Shown one piece after another: positions 46,211 through 58,045 of a stretch of DNA of 64,000 bases (position 1 is its first letter; every line of letters starts with the position of its first letter). Made by a program: the position numbers and the translations under genes. The notes beneath the pieces are model-generated. The model saw nothing but the letters and a program-made list of their open reading frames with translations, did not search any database and had not been told where the DNA came from. This DNA is from an uncultured Actinomycetes bacterium (GTDB taxonomy: Bacteria > Actinomycetota > Thermoleophilia > Gaiellales > JAICJC01), in NCBI GenBank assembly GCA_963707585.1, contig CAVPQP010000003.1, positions 334,511 to 398,510 on the forward strand, read 5' to 3'.

Positions 46211-47268
46211 GCGGGCAGGCAGTCGAGCCAGGCGGTGCGGTCGGGCGGCCCCGGCGCGACCCGCACGCGCGGCGCTGCCCCGAGCTCGGCCCAGATCGAG
46301 CCGAAGGTGATCCACGGCCGTCCGGGCTCGGGGACGACGCTGAGCGGCGCGTCGCGGTCGGCCAGCACCCGCTCGCAGTCCTCGCCCGACGCGACGTCCG
46401 GCGCGGCGGTCGCAAGCGCAGCCAGCCGCACGTGCGAGTCGGGCTCGCCCTCGGCCCGCCGCGCGGGGTCGAGATCGGCGCTTCGCAGCGGGTGGTTGGT
46501 GTGGCACAGGCGGCCGCCGCCGTCGTCGGAGCGCGACCGCACCCGCCGCCGAGCACTCGTAGCCGGCGACGCCGTCGCGGTCGGCCAGCGCGTAGTGCTG
46601 GCCCGACGCGTGCGGCGACCTGCGCGAGGAACGCCGCGCGCGGCGGCCGCGCTCGTCCGCTCGAGCACGCCGCGCATGACGAACGCGACCGGCAGGCCGT
46701 CGTCGGAGTGGCGCAGCATGGCCAGCGTGTTCACGCACACCCCGACGCCGGCCGCGTTCACGCCTGTCAGGCCGATCATCCCGGCCGCGGTCAGCACGGC
46801 GCCCGCGCCCCGCTCGCGCGTCTGCGATGCGCAGGACGGCCTGGGCGCCGTCCATGAGCGCGGGCAGGTCCATGTTCTGGCGACCAGCACCGGCGGCCGG
46901 CCGTCCGCGGGCGACGGCGAGCACGCTGCACGCGTCGCGCGGCCGCGCCGGGGCGGTGAACCACCACTCCTCGTCCATCAGGTTGAGCGCGAGGATGCGC
47001 TCGAACGCGACGCCGGCCGCCTCGGCGATCCCGCGCACCTCGGCGAGCAGGTCGGGGGTGTGCCGGCCGATCGCGGCCACGAAGCCCGGTGGTCTGACCA
47101 GGGCCGAGACGAGCGCAGACGGCGGGCTCGCCGAGCCGGCGCGCCACGTCGGCGTCCCACCGCTCGAGCAGCGCGCGCGATCTGCTCGCGGAGCGCCTCG
47201 CCGTGCGCGCGGCCGCGCTCGCGACCGTCGCCGCGGCACTCCACGATCACGGCGGGTGTGACGGCCAT
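46207..47268 (-). CDS. C45 family Ntn-hydrolase/acyltransferase; frameshifted
   Basis: RERGRAHGE, EVRGIAEAAGV, ACSVLA (Cys nucleophile), QNMD, GVNAAGVGV, HTNHPL. Confidence 0.8.
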
Positions 47269-47324
47269 GTAAACGATCCTAGCCCGCTCTAGGCGGCCCC
47301 GGATCCGTCCGCTACAACGAGAGA

Positions 47325-48213
47325 GTGCGGTCGTCTCGCCTGCTCATCGTCGCCCTGGTGCTGACCACCGCGTGTGGTCAGGCCAAGGCGAGCCACCCCG
47401 TCACGCCGCCGGCCTCGACGCACCGATGCCCGCGCCGAAGCCGAGCGTGGCGCTGGCCGGCTCGGCGGCCCGCACCGCCCGCGCCGGCAGCGCGCGCGTG
47501 GTGATGCACATGCGCATGGCGGGCATGCCCGGCGGCGCGATCACGGTCGACGCGGCGGGCGTCGTCGCCTTCCGCGACGCGCGCGGCCGATCTGCGCATG
47601 CACATGGTCGCCCCCGGCAGCGGCGCCGTCATCCGGATGCGCGAGATCACGCGCTGGCCGGTGGTCTACATGCGCTCGCCGCTCTTCGCGGCGCGAGACC
47701 CATCGCGGCAAGCCGTGGGTGCGGCTCGACCTCGCCCGGCTCGAGCGCGCCCAGGGCATCGACATGAACGCGCTCACGAGCACGGGGCGCAGCGATCCGA
47801 CCCAGATGCTCTCGACGCTCGAGGGCGAGTCCGACTCGATCGTCACCGTCGGCCACGACACGGTGCGCGGCGTCGCCACGACGCACTACCGCGCCGTGAT
47901 CGATCTCGGCAAGGTGGCCGGGTCGGCGAACGCCGTCGCTGCGCGCCGCCGTGCGCCGCGCCGAGGCCCGCCTCGCTGACGATGCTCGGCAAGCGGCGGA
48001 TGCCGATGGACGTCTGGATCGGCGCCGACGGGCTCGTGCGCCGGGTCGCCTACCGGATGGCGATCCCGGTCGCGGCGACGGGCGGGACGCTCACGACCAC
48101 GGTGTCGCTCGACATGTTCGCGTTCGGCGCGCCGGTGCACGTGGCCGCGCCCCCCGCGGCGCCGCACGACCGACCTCACCGCTGCTGTCGCGGCGGCTGC
48201 CGGCTCCGGATAG
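47325..48213 (+). CDS. Lipoprotein, LppX/LprAFG-like; frameshifted
   Basis: LLIVALVLTTAC lipobox; KPWVRLDL, DPTQML, VRGVATTHYR, DVWIGADGLVRR, FGAPV. Confidence 0.72.
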
Positions 48214-48223
48214 TCTCACCCGC

Positions 48224-49165
48224 GTGAGCGGGATGGCGCACTGGGACGACGTCGCGGGCGCGCGCGCGCGCGGCCGGCCACCTCGATGCGGAGTGGTGCG
48301 ATCTCGGCACGGCGGCGGGCACCGACACCGTCGGCCTGCAGCGGATCCGGATCGCGCCCGGTCGGTGGTCGACGCCCGCGCACATCGAGCACGCCGAGGA
48401 GGAGATCTTCTGGGTGCTCGCCGGGTCGGGCGAGTCGTGGCAGGACGCGGGCGCCGGCCCGGCGACCCACGCGGTCGGCCCCGGCGACTGCCTCGTGCAC
48501 CTGCGCGCGGGGCGAGGCGCACACGCTGCACGCCGGCCCCGACGGCCTGGACGTGCTCGCGTTTGGCCAGCGCGTGCTCGGCGGCGGCGCGTACCTGCCC
48601 CGCGCCGGCCTGAGCTGGCACGGGCCGAGCTGGGTGCGCTCGGGCGGCGAGCCGTCGCCGTGGCAGGGCGAGGCCCAGGCGGGCGCGCCGGAGCTGCCCG
48701 CAGCCGACGCCGCGGCCCGCCTCGATCGTGCACGTCGACGCCGTCGCCGGCGATGCGCCGCGAGGGCGCCACCGTCGGCCGCGAGCGCCGCGACCTGGGC
48801 CGCGCCGCCGGCTCGATCGCGACCGGCATGACGCACGTGCGCGTCGACCCGGGCAAGCTCGGCGCGCCGCCGCACTGCCACTCGGCCGCGGAGGAGATCT
48901 TCGTCGTCCTCGCGGGCGACGGGACGCTCGATCGCCGGCGCCGACGAGCACCCGGTCCGGGCCGGCAGCGATCGTCTCCCGGCGGCCGGCACCGCGCGTC
49001 GCGCACACGTTCCGGGCCGGCCCGGACGGGCTCACGTATCTGGCCTACGGCACCCGCGAGCCGAACGACATCTGCTACTACCCGCGCTCGGGCAAGGTGT
49101 ACCTGGTCGGCGTCGGCGTGGTCGGGCGGATCGAGCCGGTCGACTTCTGGGAGGGCGAGGACTGA
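48224..49165 (+). CDS. Bicupin-domain protein; frameshifted
   Basis: Two cupin motifs, PAHIEHAEEEIFWVLAG and PPHCHSAAEEIFVVLAG; DICYYPRSGK. Confidence 0.78.
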
Positions 49166-49816
49166 GCGCGCCCGGCGATCACGCGCGATCACCCGGCCCG
49201 CGGCGGCCGCGCCCGAGGGCCTGCTCGTGCTGATCCACGGCCGCGGCGCCGACGAGCACGACCTGTTCCCGCTCGCCGACGCGCTCGATCCGGAGCGGCG
49301 GCTGGTGGCGGTGCTGCCGCGCGGCCCGCTGCGGCTGCCGCCGGGCGGCGCGCACTGGTACGTCGTCTACGAGGTCGGCCGGCCCGACCCGGCCACGTTC
49401 CTGCCGACCTACGCGGCCCTCGGCGAGTGGCTCGACGCGACCGCCGCCGCGCACGGCGTGCCGTCCGACCGGATGGTGTGGCGGGGTTCTCGCAGGGCGC
49501 GGTGATGTCGTACGCGCTCGGCCTCGGCGGCCGGGCGGCCGCGGCCCGCCGGGATCATCGCGCTCTCGGGCTTCGTGCCGGTCGTCGCCGGCTTCGACCT
49601 CGACCTGCGCCGGAGCGCGCCGGCCTGCCGGTGGCGATCGGGCACGGCACGCTCGACCCGGTGATCGACGTCGGCTTCGGGCGCAGCGCGCGCGAGCTGC
49701 TCGAGGGCGCCGGGCTCGCGGTGCGCTACCAGGAGTCGCCGATGCCCCACAGCATCGACCCCGAGTTCCTCGGCGAGCTGCGCGGCTGGCTCGCCGGCGT
49801 CGTTTCGGACCGCTGA
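49162..49816 (+). CDS. Phospholipase/carboxylesterase (alpha/beta hydrolase); frameshifted, start approximate
   Basis: LIHGRGADE, GFSQG, HGTLDPVI, MPHSI. Confidence 0.85.
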
Positions 49817-49854
49817 TACCATTGTCGGCGCAACTACCACCGCAGGGGGTGCGC

Positions 49855-50322
49855 ATGCACGACCGGTCGCCGGGCACGGTGCTTCTGAGCGAGGCCGAGC
49901 TGGCCTCGTGGCGCGGGTTCCTGCGGGTGCACGCCGCGCTCGCGCGCGAGCTCGACGCCGAGCTCATGGCCGGGCACGGCCTGCCGCTCTCGTCCTACGA
50001 GGTGCTCCTGACCGTCGCCGACGCGCCCGACGAGCGCATGCGCATGTCCGAGATCGCCGACTCCGTGCTGCTCTCGCGCAGCGGCGTCACCCGCCTCGTC
50101 GACCGCCTCGAGCGCGACGGGCTGGTCGAGCGGATCCCGTGCGAGGACGACGCCCGCGGGCAGTACGCGGTGCTCACCGAGCGCGGCCGCGAGGCGTTCG
50201 ACGCCGCCCGCGCCACGCATCTGGCGGGCGTGCGGCGGCGGTTCCTGGAACAGCTCGAGTGCGACGACCTGCGCCGGATGGCGGGCTACTGGGAGCGGCT
50301 CGTCCCGGGTGCGACCAGCTAG
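49855..50322 (+). CDS. MarR family regulator (RosR-like group)
   Basis: SWRGFLRVH, HGLPLSSYEVL, MRMSEIAD..LSRSGVTRLVDRLE, PCEDDARG. Confidence 0.9.
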   Translation: MHDRSPGTVLLSEAELASWRGFLRVHAALARELDAELMAGHGLPLSSYEVLLTVADAPDERMRMSEIADSVLLSRSGVTRLVDRLERDGLVERIPCEDDARGQYAVLTERGREAFDAARATHLAGVRRRFLEQLECDDLRRMAGYWERLVPGATS

Positions 50323-50333
50323 GCGGCGCCGCC

Positions 50334-52643
50334 GTGAGCCCGGGCCTCGACACCTACCGCCGCAAGCGCGACCCGAAGAAGACGCCGGAGCCGTTCACCG
50401 GGCAAGGGCGGCGGCGGCGAGCCGATCTTCGTCGTCCAGCGCCACGACGCCCGCCGGCTGCACTTCGACTTCCGCATCGAGCGCGGCGGGGCGCTGCAGA
50501 GCTGGGCGGTGCCGAAGGGCATTCCGCTCAAGAAGGGCGAGCGCCACCTGGCCGTGCACGTCGAGGATCATCCGCTCGACTACGCCACGTTCGAGGGCGA
50601 GATCCCGGCCGGCGAGTACGGCGCCGGGACGGTCGAGATCTGGGACCGCGGCCACTACGACCTGGTCGAGGAGAAGCGTGACGGCGGCCTGACGGTGCGC
50701 CTGCGCGGCGAGCGCCTGAACGGCCTGTGGACGCTCGTGCCGACGCGCATGGACGGCGACGAGCGCAACTGGCTCATGATCCGCAAGGACGAGGGCGGGG
50801 CGGTGGGCGACGCCGCCGACCTGCGCCCGATGCTGGCCGTGTCGGCGACCGCGGTGCCGACCGCCGGCGACTGGATGTACGAGGTGAAGTGGGACGGCTA
50901 TCGCGTGATCGCGGCGGTCGAGGGCGGCGAGCCGACGCTGCGCAGCCGCAACGGCAACGACCTCACGGAGCGCTTCGCCCAGGTCGCGCGCGCGCTCCCG
51001 GGCGCGCTGCGCAGCGCCGACTGCGTGCTCGACGGCGAGGTGTGCGCGCTCGACGAGGACGGCCGCCCGCGCTTCTCGCTGCTGCAGCACGGCGGCGGGG
51101 CGCTCGCGATGTACGCGTTCGACCTGCTGCGGATCGACGGCCGCGACGTGACCGGCCTGCCGCTGCGCGAGCGCCGTGAGCTGCTCGAGGGAGTGCTGAT
51201 CCCGGGGGACGTGATCCGGCTCTCGGTCGCGTTCGACGACGGCCCGGCGCTGCTCGCGCAGGCGGTGCAGCACGGGCTCGAGGGCGTGATCGCCAAGCGG
51301 CCCGCGAGCCGCTACCTCGCCGGCCGGCGCAGCGACTCCTGGGTGAAGGTGAAGACGCAGCAGCGCCAGGAGCTCGTCATCGCCGGCTACACCCGCGGGC
51401 AGGGGCGGCGCGAGGGCGCGTTCGGCTCGCTCGTGCTCGCGGTCGAGCGCGGCGAGGAGCTCGTCTGGGCCGGCAACTGCGGCACGGGCTTCGACGACGC
51501 CGAGCTCGACATGCTGATCGCGAAGCTCGAGCCGCTGCGGCGCGACGACCTCGCCGCTCGCGGTCACGCCGCGCATGGCCAAGGTGCGCGCGGCCGACGT
51601 CACCTGGGTCGAGCCGGAGCTGGTGTGCGAGGTGGAGTTCCTCGAGTGGACGCGCGAGGGCCGCCTGCGCGCACCGTCCTACAAGGGTCTACGCGACGAC
51701 AAGGAGGCACGGGACGTGCATCGCGAGCATCCGCGCAAGCAGTCGGCCGGGACGCCCAGGCGCCCGCTCGAGCTCTCGAACCTCGACAAGGTGTTCTGGC
51801 CGGACGAGGGCATCACCAAGGGCGATCTGATCGACTTCTACCGGGCGGTCGCAGACGTCGCCGTGCCGCACGTGCAGGGGCGGCCGTTCACGATGAAGCG
51901 CTACCCGGACGGCATCGGCGCGAAGCCGTTCTTCCAGAAGAACGCGCCGTCGCACATGCCCGACTGGATCCCGACGGCCGAGTTCCCGGCCACCTCGCGC
52001 GAGACGCGAGAGAAGCGGATGATCCGCTACCCGCTCGTGAACGAGGAGGCGGCGCTCCTGTGGATGGCGAACATGGGCTGCATCGACCTGAACGCGTGGT
52101 GCTCGCGCGCCGACCGGCCCGACCGGCCCGACTTCGCCCTCTTCGACCTCGATCCGACCCCCGAGGCGGGGTTCGCGGCGGCCGCCGAGGTGGCGCTGCT
52201 CGTGCGCGACGCGCTGGCGGCGGTCGACCTGCGCGGCTACCCGAAGACGAGCGGCGCCGACGGCGTGCACGTGCTCGTGCCGCTCGCACGCCGCTACGGC
52301 TACGACCAGACGCGCGCGGTCGTGCTCGCGATCTCGCGCGCGCTCGCCTCGATGCGGCCCGACCTCGTCACGACCGAGTGGTCGAAGGCCAAGCGCCGCG
52401 GCGTCCTGATCGACGCGAACCAGAACGGCCCCGGCCGCACGATCGCCTTCGCCTACTCGGTGCGCCCCATGCCCGGCGCGCCGGTGTCGGCGCCGGTCAC
52501 CTGGGACGAGCTCGCGCGCCGGCGTGGAGCCGGGCGACTTCACGATGGCGGTGATGCTCGACCGGCTCGCCCGCCACGGCGACCTGCACGCGCCGGTGCT
52601 CGAGGATCGCCAGGCGCTCGGCCCGGCCCTGCGCTCGCTCTGA
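50334..52643 (+). CDS. ligD: NHEJ DNA ligase D (phosphoesterase-ligase-polymerase); frameshifted
   Basis: FVVQRHDARRLHFDFR, SWAVPKG, VEDHPLDY; EVKWDGYR, LDGEV, EGVIAK; LSNLDKV, KRYPDG, FDLDP, KTSG, YSVRP. Confidence 0.93.
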
Positions 52644-52653
52644 GCCGCCAAAC

Positions 52654-52666
52654 GGGGTCAGACCCC
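52654..52666. repeat. REP-like palindrome GGGGTCAGACCCC
   Basis: Perfect 6-1-6 palindrome 10 nt after the ligD stop. Confidence 0.5.
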
Positions 52667-52762
52667 GATACCGGGCGGATTTCCCCGCAACGTGCGAACA
52701 GGTGTTCGCCGAAGTGGCAACTTCAGGCGGGCGTGACCGGTTTCCTGTGCCAGACTGCAGGT

Positions 52763-55700
52763 ATGGTCGTGACCGAGGGAGAGCGGCGCGTCGTCGCCGT
52801 GCTGATGGCCGATGTCGCCGGATCGACGGCGATCGGCGAGCAGCTCGGGCCGGAGCGCTCGAAGTTCCTGTTCGACGAGGTCGTGCGGCTGATGGCCGAG
52901 CAGGTCGAGCGCTACGAGGGCACCGTCGCCCAGCTGCTCGGCGACGGCCTGCTCGCTGTGTTCGGCGCGCCGGTCGCGCACGAGGACGACAGCGAGCGGG
53001 CCGTGCGCGCCGGCCTCGCGATCCAGCGCGCCCTGCGGCCTACTGCGCGCGACGTGGGCGAGGCGTACGACATCGACCTGCGGGCGCGGATCGCCGTCAA
53101 CACCGGCCCGGTGCTGATCACGCCGGACGGCGAGGGCGCCGACCGCTGGAACGCGCTCGGCGACACGGTCAACGTCACCGCGCGGCTGCAGGCGCTCGCC
53201 GGCGAGGCCGACGTGACGCTCGGCCCGGGCACGGCGGCGCAGGTGCGCGACTGCTTCGAGCTCGAGGAGCTCGGCTCGACCGAGCTGCGCGGCCGCAGCC
53301 GGCCGGTCGACCGCTTCCGCGTCGTCAGCGAGCGCGACCGCCACCCGCGCCCGGCCGACGGGCCGCTGATCGGGCGCGACGCCGAGCTCGCCGCCGTCCG
53401 CACCGGCGTGGAGCGGCTGGCCGAGGGTATCGGCGTGATCGTGTCGGTGACGGGCGAGCCGGGCATCGGCAAGACGCGGCTGATGGCCGAGGCCGTCGAG
53501 CCGCTGCGCGACCGGCTGCGCCTGCTCGTCGGCCGCAGCCTCTCCTACACGCAGGGCTTCTCGTACTGGCCGATCCGCGACCTCCTGCGCGACTGGCTCG
53601 GTGCGTCGGCGACCTCGAGCGAGGCGCGCGTGCGCTTCGACCTCAAGGCCGCCCTGCACGAGCTCTACGGCGCCGGCGGCGACGAGCGCTACCCGTTCCT
53701 GGCCAACCTGCTCGGCCTGCAGGAGAGCGACCGCCGTGCCGCCGCCGACCTGCGCGAGCTCTCCCGCGAGTCGCTGCACCGGCGCAGCCTCGAGGTGGTG
53801 GCCGACCTGCTGCAGCATCTGGCCGCCGAGCGGCCGCTGCTGGTCGTGTTCGAGGACCTGCACTGGGCCGACGAGCTGACGCTGGAGGCGGTCGAGAGCC
53901 TGCTCGAGCTGACCGAGACCGAGGCGCTCGGCATCGTCCTGCTCTACCGCAGCGAGCGCGAGCTGCCGTCCTGGGGTGTCGGCGAGCGCGCCCGGCAGCG
54001 CTACCCTCACCGTTATGTCGAGGTTGAGCTTCGGGCGCTCACCGGCGATGCGACGCTCGCGCTCACGCAGGCGCTCGCCGACGCGCCGCTGCCCGAGGCG
54101 GTCGCCGACCTGATCGCCCAGCGGGCGGGCGGAAACCCGCTGTTCGTGGGGGAGGCGCTGCGCGACCTCGTCGAGCGCGGGGCGCTGCGGCGCCAGAACG
54201 GCGGCTGGGAGGTGGCGGTCGACACCGGGCTGCTCGAGGTGCCCGCGCTCGTCCAGGGCGTCCTCCAGGCGCGGCTCGACCGGCTCGACCCGGACGCCCG
54301 CGAGACGGCGTCCGTCGCTGCGGTGATCGGCCGCCGCTTCGGCATGCCGCTGCTCGAGCGCGTGCTCGATCCCGCGACGCTGCCGGCGGCGCTGACCGAG
54401 CTGCAGCGGCTCGACCTGATCGTCGAGGAGCGGCGGCGCCCGTATCCGGAGTACCGGTTCCGGCACGGCCTCGTGCAGGAGGCCGCATACGCCGGCCTCA
54501 CCGAGACCGACCGCCGGGCGCTGCACGCCCGGGTCGGCCGCGCGCTGGAGGAGCTCGCGGGCGAGGAGAAGAGCGTCGCCACCCTCGCGCTGCTCGCACG
54601 CCACTTCACGGCCGCAGACGATGCCCGAGACGGCGGCCGACGTATCTGATCCGCGCAGGCGACGAGGCGCGCTCGATCTACGCCGACAAGGAGGCGATCC
54701 GCCACTACCGCCAGGCGCGCGAGTTCCTCGGCCGGCTCGGCGACGACCGCCGCTCGCGCGAGACGCTCTTCAAGATCGCGCTCGTCCACCACCTGGCGTT
54801 CGACTTCGGCGAGGCCGAGCGCGCCTACGACGAGGCGTTCGCCTGCAAGGTCGAGCCGATCGAGCAGCCCGAGGCGACCGAGCGGCTGCGTCACCGCCTC
54901 GCTGCGCCCGCGGTCGCTCGCGCCCGGCCTCGAGTACGTCTCCGAGACGAGCGCGCTCACGACGCATCTCTTCCGCGGCCTGCTCATCATCGACCGCGAC
55001 ATGAACGTGATGCCGTCGCTGGCCGAGAACTTCCGCGTCTCGGGCGACGGCCTCACCTACATGTTCCAGCTGCGCGAGAGCGCATGCTGGAGCGACGGCG
55101 AGCCGCGTCACGGCGCACGACTTCGTCTACACGTGGGAGCGGGCGCGCCAGCTCTCGACCGTCACGGCGTTCCTGCTCGAGGACGTGAAGCAGGCGACGG
55201 CGCTCGACGACCGCACGCTCGAGGTGGTGGTGCACGAGCCGCGCAACTACTTCCCCTACATCCTGGCCTCGACCTACGCCTACCCCTGGCCGCGCCACCT
55301 GTGCGAGTCCCAGGGCGACGACTGGCACACGCAGCGGCCGCTGGTCTCGAACGGGCCGTTCCTGCTGGCCGACATCGACGACGACCACCTGACGATGGTC
55401 GCCAACCCGCACTGGAGCGGCCGCCGCGGCAACCTGCGCGAGATCGAGGTGCGAGTTCCGCTACCACGGCATCGAGGCGCGCACGGCCTGGCGGGCGGGC
55501 GGTGTCGACGTGCTCGCGAGCCCGTATGCGCCGCAGGGCGACGACGAGACCGCCTGCGCCGACTACGCGCCCGTGCTCGGCACGACGATGCTCGGCTTCC
55601 ACGCCGACCGGCCGCCGTTCGACGACGTGCGCGTGCGCCGCGCGGTCGCCTCGGTGCTCTCCCCGATCGGGCGCACGTATGCCGAGATCGGGCTCGTGGG

Positions 55701-56326
55701 CCGCGCCGCAATCGGCGGCGGGTCTGCTGCCGCCCGCGATGCCCGGCCACGACCACCGCGTCGCCGACCTCGTCGACGTCGAAAGCGCCCGTGCGCTCCT
55801 GGCCGAGGCCGGCCACCCCGGCGGTGCCGGCCTGCCGCCCCTCCAGATGCTGGTCACGGGCGGGCTCGACATGCTGCACGAGCCGATCCAGGCGGCGCTC
55901 GCCGCGGTCGGCCTCGGCGTCGAGTTCGCGACCAGCCCGCGCGGCATGCGCGTCGGCGACATCGGAGCGCAGCTGTGGATCACGAGCTGGCTCGCCGACT
56001 ACCCGGATCCCGACGGGTTCTTCCGCGGCCTTCTCACCGACCCCTGCGACCCGGTCACCGATCCCGAGCAGACCCGGGCGATCGTCGACCTGCTCGATCG
56101 CGCGCGTGCGTCGCGCGACCAGGACGAGCGGCTCGCGCTCTACGGCGAGGTCGACCGCCTGCTGGTGGCCGAGTGGGTCGTGCTCGTCCCGATCGCGTAT
56201 GCGCGCACGACGCTCCTGTACCGGCGATGGGTGCACGGCCTGTGGGCGAATGCCCTCACGCCGTTTCGGCTCGACGCCGTCATCGTCGACCGCGAGCACT
56301 CGTCGTTCCCGGACGCGGCGGGGTGA
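52763..56326 (+). CDS. Class III nucleotide cyclase - STAND/AAA NTPase - helical region - family 5 solute-binding domain fusion; frameshifted after 54620
   Basis: LMADVAGST, LGDGLLAVFG, GDTVNVTARLQ; GEPGIGKT, VFEDLHWAD, GGNPLF, YRFRHGL; then PSLAENFRVSGDGLTYMFQLR..WSDG, SNGPF, PPFDDVRVRRA, WLADYPDPD. Confidence 0.8.
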
Positions 56327-57284
56327 GCGCCCCGCCCGGGCCGGCGTCCGCGCCGGCGACCGCGGTCGTGCGCCCGCCGGCGGCCGAGATCGCGGCCGCC
56401 TTCGCCGCCGATCTATCTGATCTGGGGATCGACCTTCCTCGCGATCCGCTACGCCGTCGAGACGATCCCCCCGTTCGCGATGATGGCGGCCCGCTGCCTG
56501 CTGGGCGGCGCCATCCTGCTCGGCATCGGCATGGCGCGCGAGCGCGGCCTGGCCTGGCCGAGCCGGCGCGAGTGGGGCGGGGCGGTCGTGCTCGGCGTGC
56601 TGCTCTTCGTCGGCTGCCACGGCGTGCTCGCGTACGCCGAGGAGCGCACCCCGTCGGGGATCGCCGCCCTGTGCCTGGCGACGATCCCGCTCTTCGTGCC
56701 GTTGCTCGGCTGGGCGCTCCCGGGCGGCGCGCCGCCGTCGCGGCGGCGGTCGCTGGCGCTCGTCGCCGGGTTCGCAGGGGTGGCGCTCCTCGTCGCGGCC
56801 CAGGGCACGGGAGGCGGCCTGCATCCCGCCGACGCCGTGCTGCTGCTCGGCAGCGCGCTCTCGTGGGCCGCGGGGACGGTGGCGACCCGGGTGGTGCCGG
56901 TGCCGCGGTCGCCGACGATGGGCGCGGCGATGCCGCTGCTCGCGGGCGGCGTCGTCCTGACGCTGATCGCGCTCGCCTCGGGGGAGCTCACCGGCGGCAG
57001 CCTCGACCACATCTCAGGGCGGCTCCGCCGGCGGCCTCGTCTATCTGATCGTGCTCGGCACGGTCGTCACGTTCTCGGCCTACGTCTGGCTCCTGCGCGA
57101 GGTGGCGCCCTCGCGCGTGGCGACGTACGCGTTCGTCAATCCGACCGTCGCCGTCGTGCTTGGCTGGGCGCTCGCGGGCGAGTCGCTGACCGCCGGCGCG
57201 GTGGTGGCGACCGCGGTGATCGTGCTCGCCGTTGCCGTCGCGGTGTCGGAGCGCGAGCCGGCTCCGGCCGCCGCGTCCGGCTGA
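56323..57284 (+). CDS. EamA/DMT family transporter (YedA-like); frameshifted
   Basis: IYLIWGSTFLAIRYAVETIPPF, PSGIAAL, AYVWLL, TYAFVNPTVAVVLGW; GTGA overlap with the cyclase fusion. Confidence 0.88.
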
Positions 57285-57296
57285 GCGATCCGCTCG

Positions 57297-57339
57297 CGAT
57301 GTATCGATATTTGACATCGACATAGTCGCGATATATCAT
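57297..57339 (+). promoter_or_regulatory. SigA promoter with CGATRTATCG palindromes (probable PadR operators)
   Basis: TTGACA 57311-57316, 17 nt, TATCAT 57334-57339; CGATGTATCG at 57297, CGACATAGTCG at 57318, CGATATATCA at 57329. Confidence 0.72.
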
Positions 57340-57385
57340 GATGCTACGCGATAGTCATAAAACCAAAGGATTCAAGGAGGATTCG

Positions 57386-58045
57386 ATGACATACGCAGAA
57401 CCGATCCCGATGGGCGGAGGCCGCCGTGGCCGCCGCCACCACCATCGGGGATTCATGATGTTCGCCGCGAAGCACCGGCACGGCCGCGACCCGCTCGGGT
57501 TCGGCGGCTTCGGCCCCGGCAGGGGCGGCCCGGGAGCCTTCTTCGGCGGTGGCCGCCGCGCCGGTCGCGGTGACATCCGCGCCGCCATCCTGGCGCTGCT
57601 CTCCGAGCAGGGGATGCACGGCTACCAGATCATCCGCGAGCTCTCCGAGCGCACGGGTGGTGCGTGGACGCCGAGCCCCGGCTCGGTCTATCCCACGCTG
57701 CAGCAGCTCGAGGACGAGGAGCTCGTCTCCGAGCAGAAGTCCGACACCGGCCGGCGTGTGTACGAGCTGACCGAGGCCGGGCGCGAGCGGGCGGCGGCGC
57801 TGCCGTCACCCGCCCCGTGGGAGCAGGTCGCGGCCGCGGCCCACGACGAGCACGCCGATCTCCGCAGCCTGGTGTTCCAGGTGCTCGGAGCGGTGCGGCA
57901 GGTGGCCGGGGCGGGCACGCCCGCACAGGTCGAAGCGGCCCAGGAGGTGCTGCGCACGGCGCGGCGCAGCCTGTATCAGATCCTGGCCGAGGACGACGCT
58001 CCCGCCGCAGGAGCCCGGCAGCACCACGGTCTGACTCGCAGCTAG
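57386..58045 (+). CDS. PadR family regulator with a Gly/Arg/His-rich N-terminus
   Basis: RGDIRAAILALL, HGYQII, WTPSPGSVYPTLQQLEDE, ARRSLYQILA; AAGGAGG RBS. Confidence 0.92.
   Translation: MTYAEPIPMGGGRRGRRHHHRGFMMFAAKHRHGRDPLGFGGFGPGRGGPGAFFGGGRRAGRGDIRAAILALLSEQGMHGYQIIRELSERTGGAWTPSPGSVYPTLQQLEDEELVSEQKSDTGRRVYELTEAGRERAAALPSPAPWEQVAAAAHDEHADLRSLVFQVLGAVRQVAGAGTPAQVEAAQEVLRTARRSLYQILAEDDAPAAGARQHHGLTRS

Noticed and set aside
46207-47268. Penicillin biosynthesis inferred from the C45 acyltransferase
   Set aside because: No ACV synthetase or IPNS nearby; C45 hydrolases are widespread.
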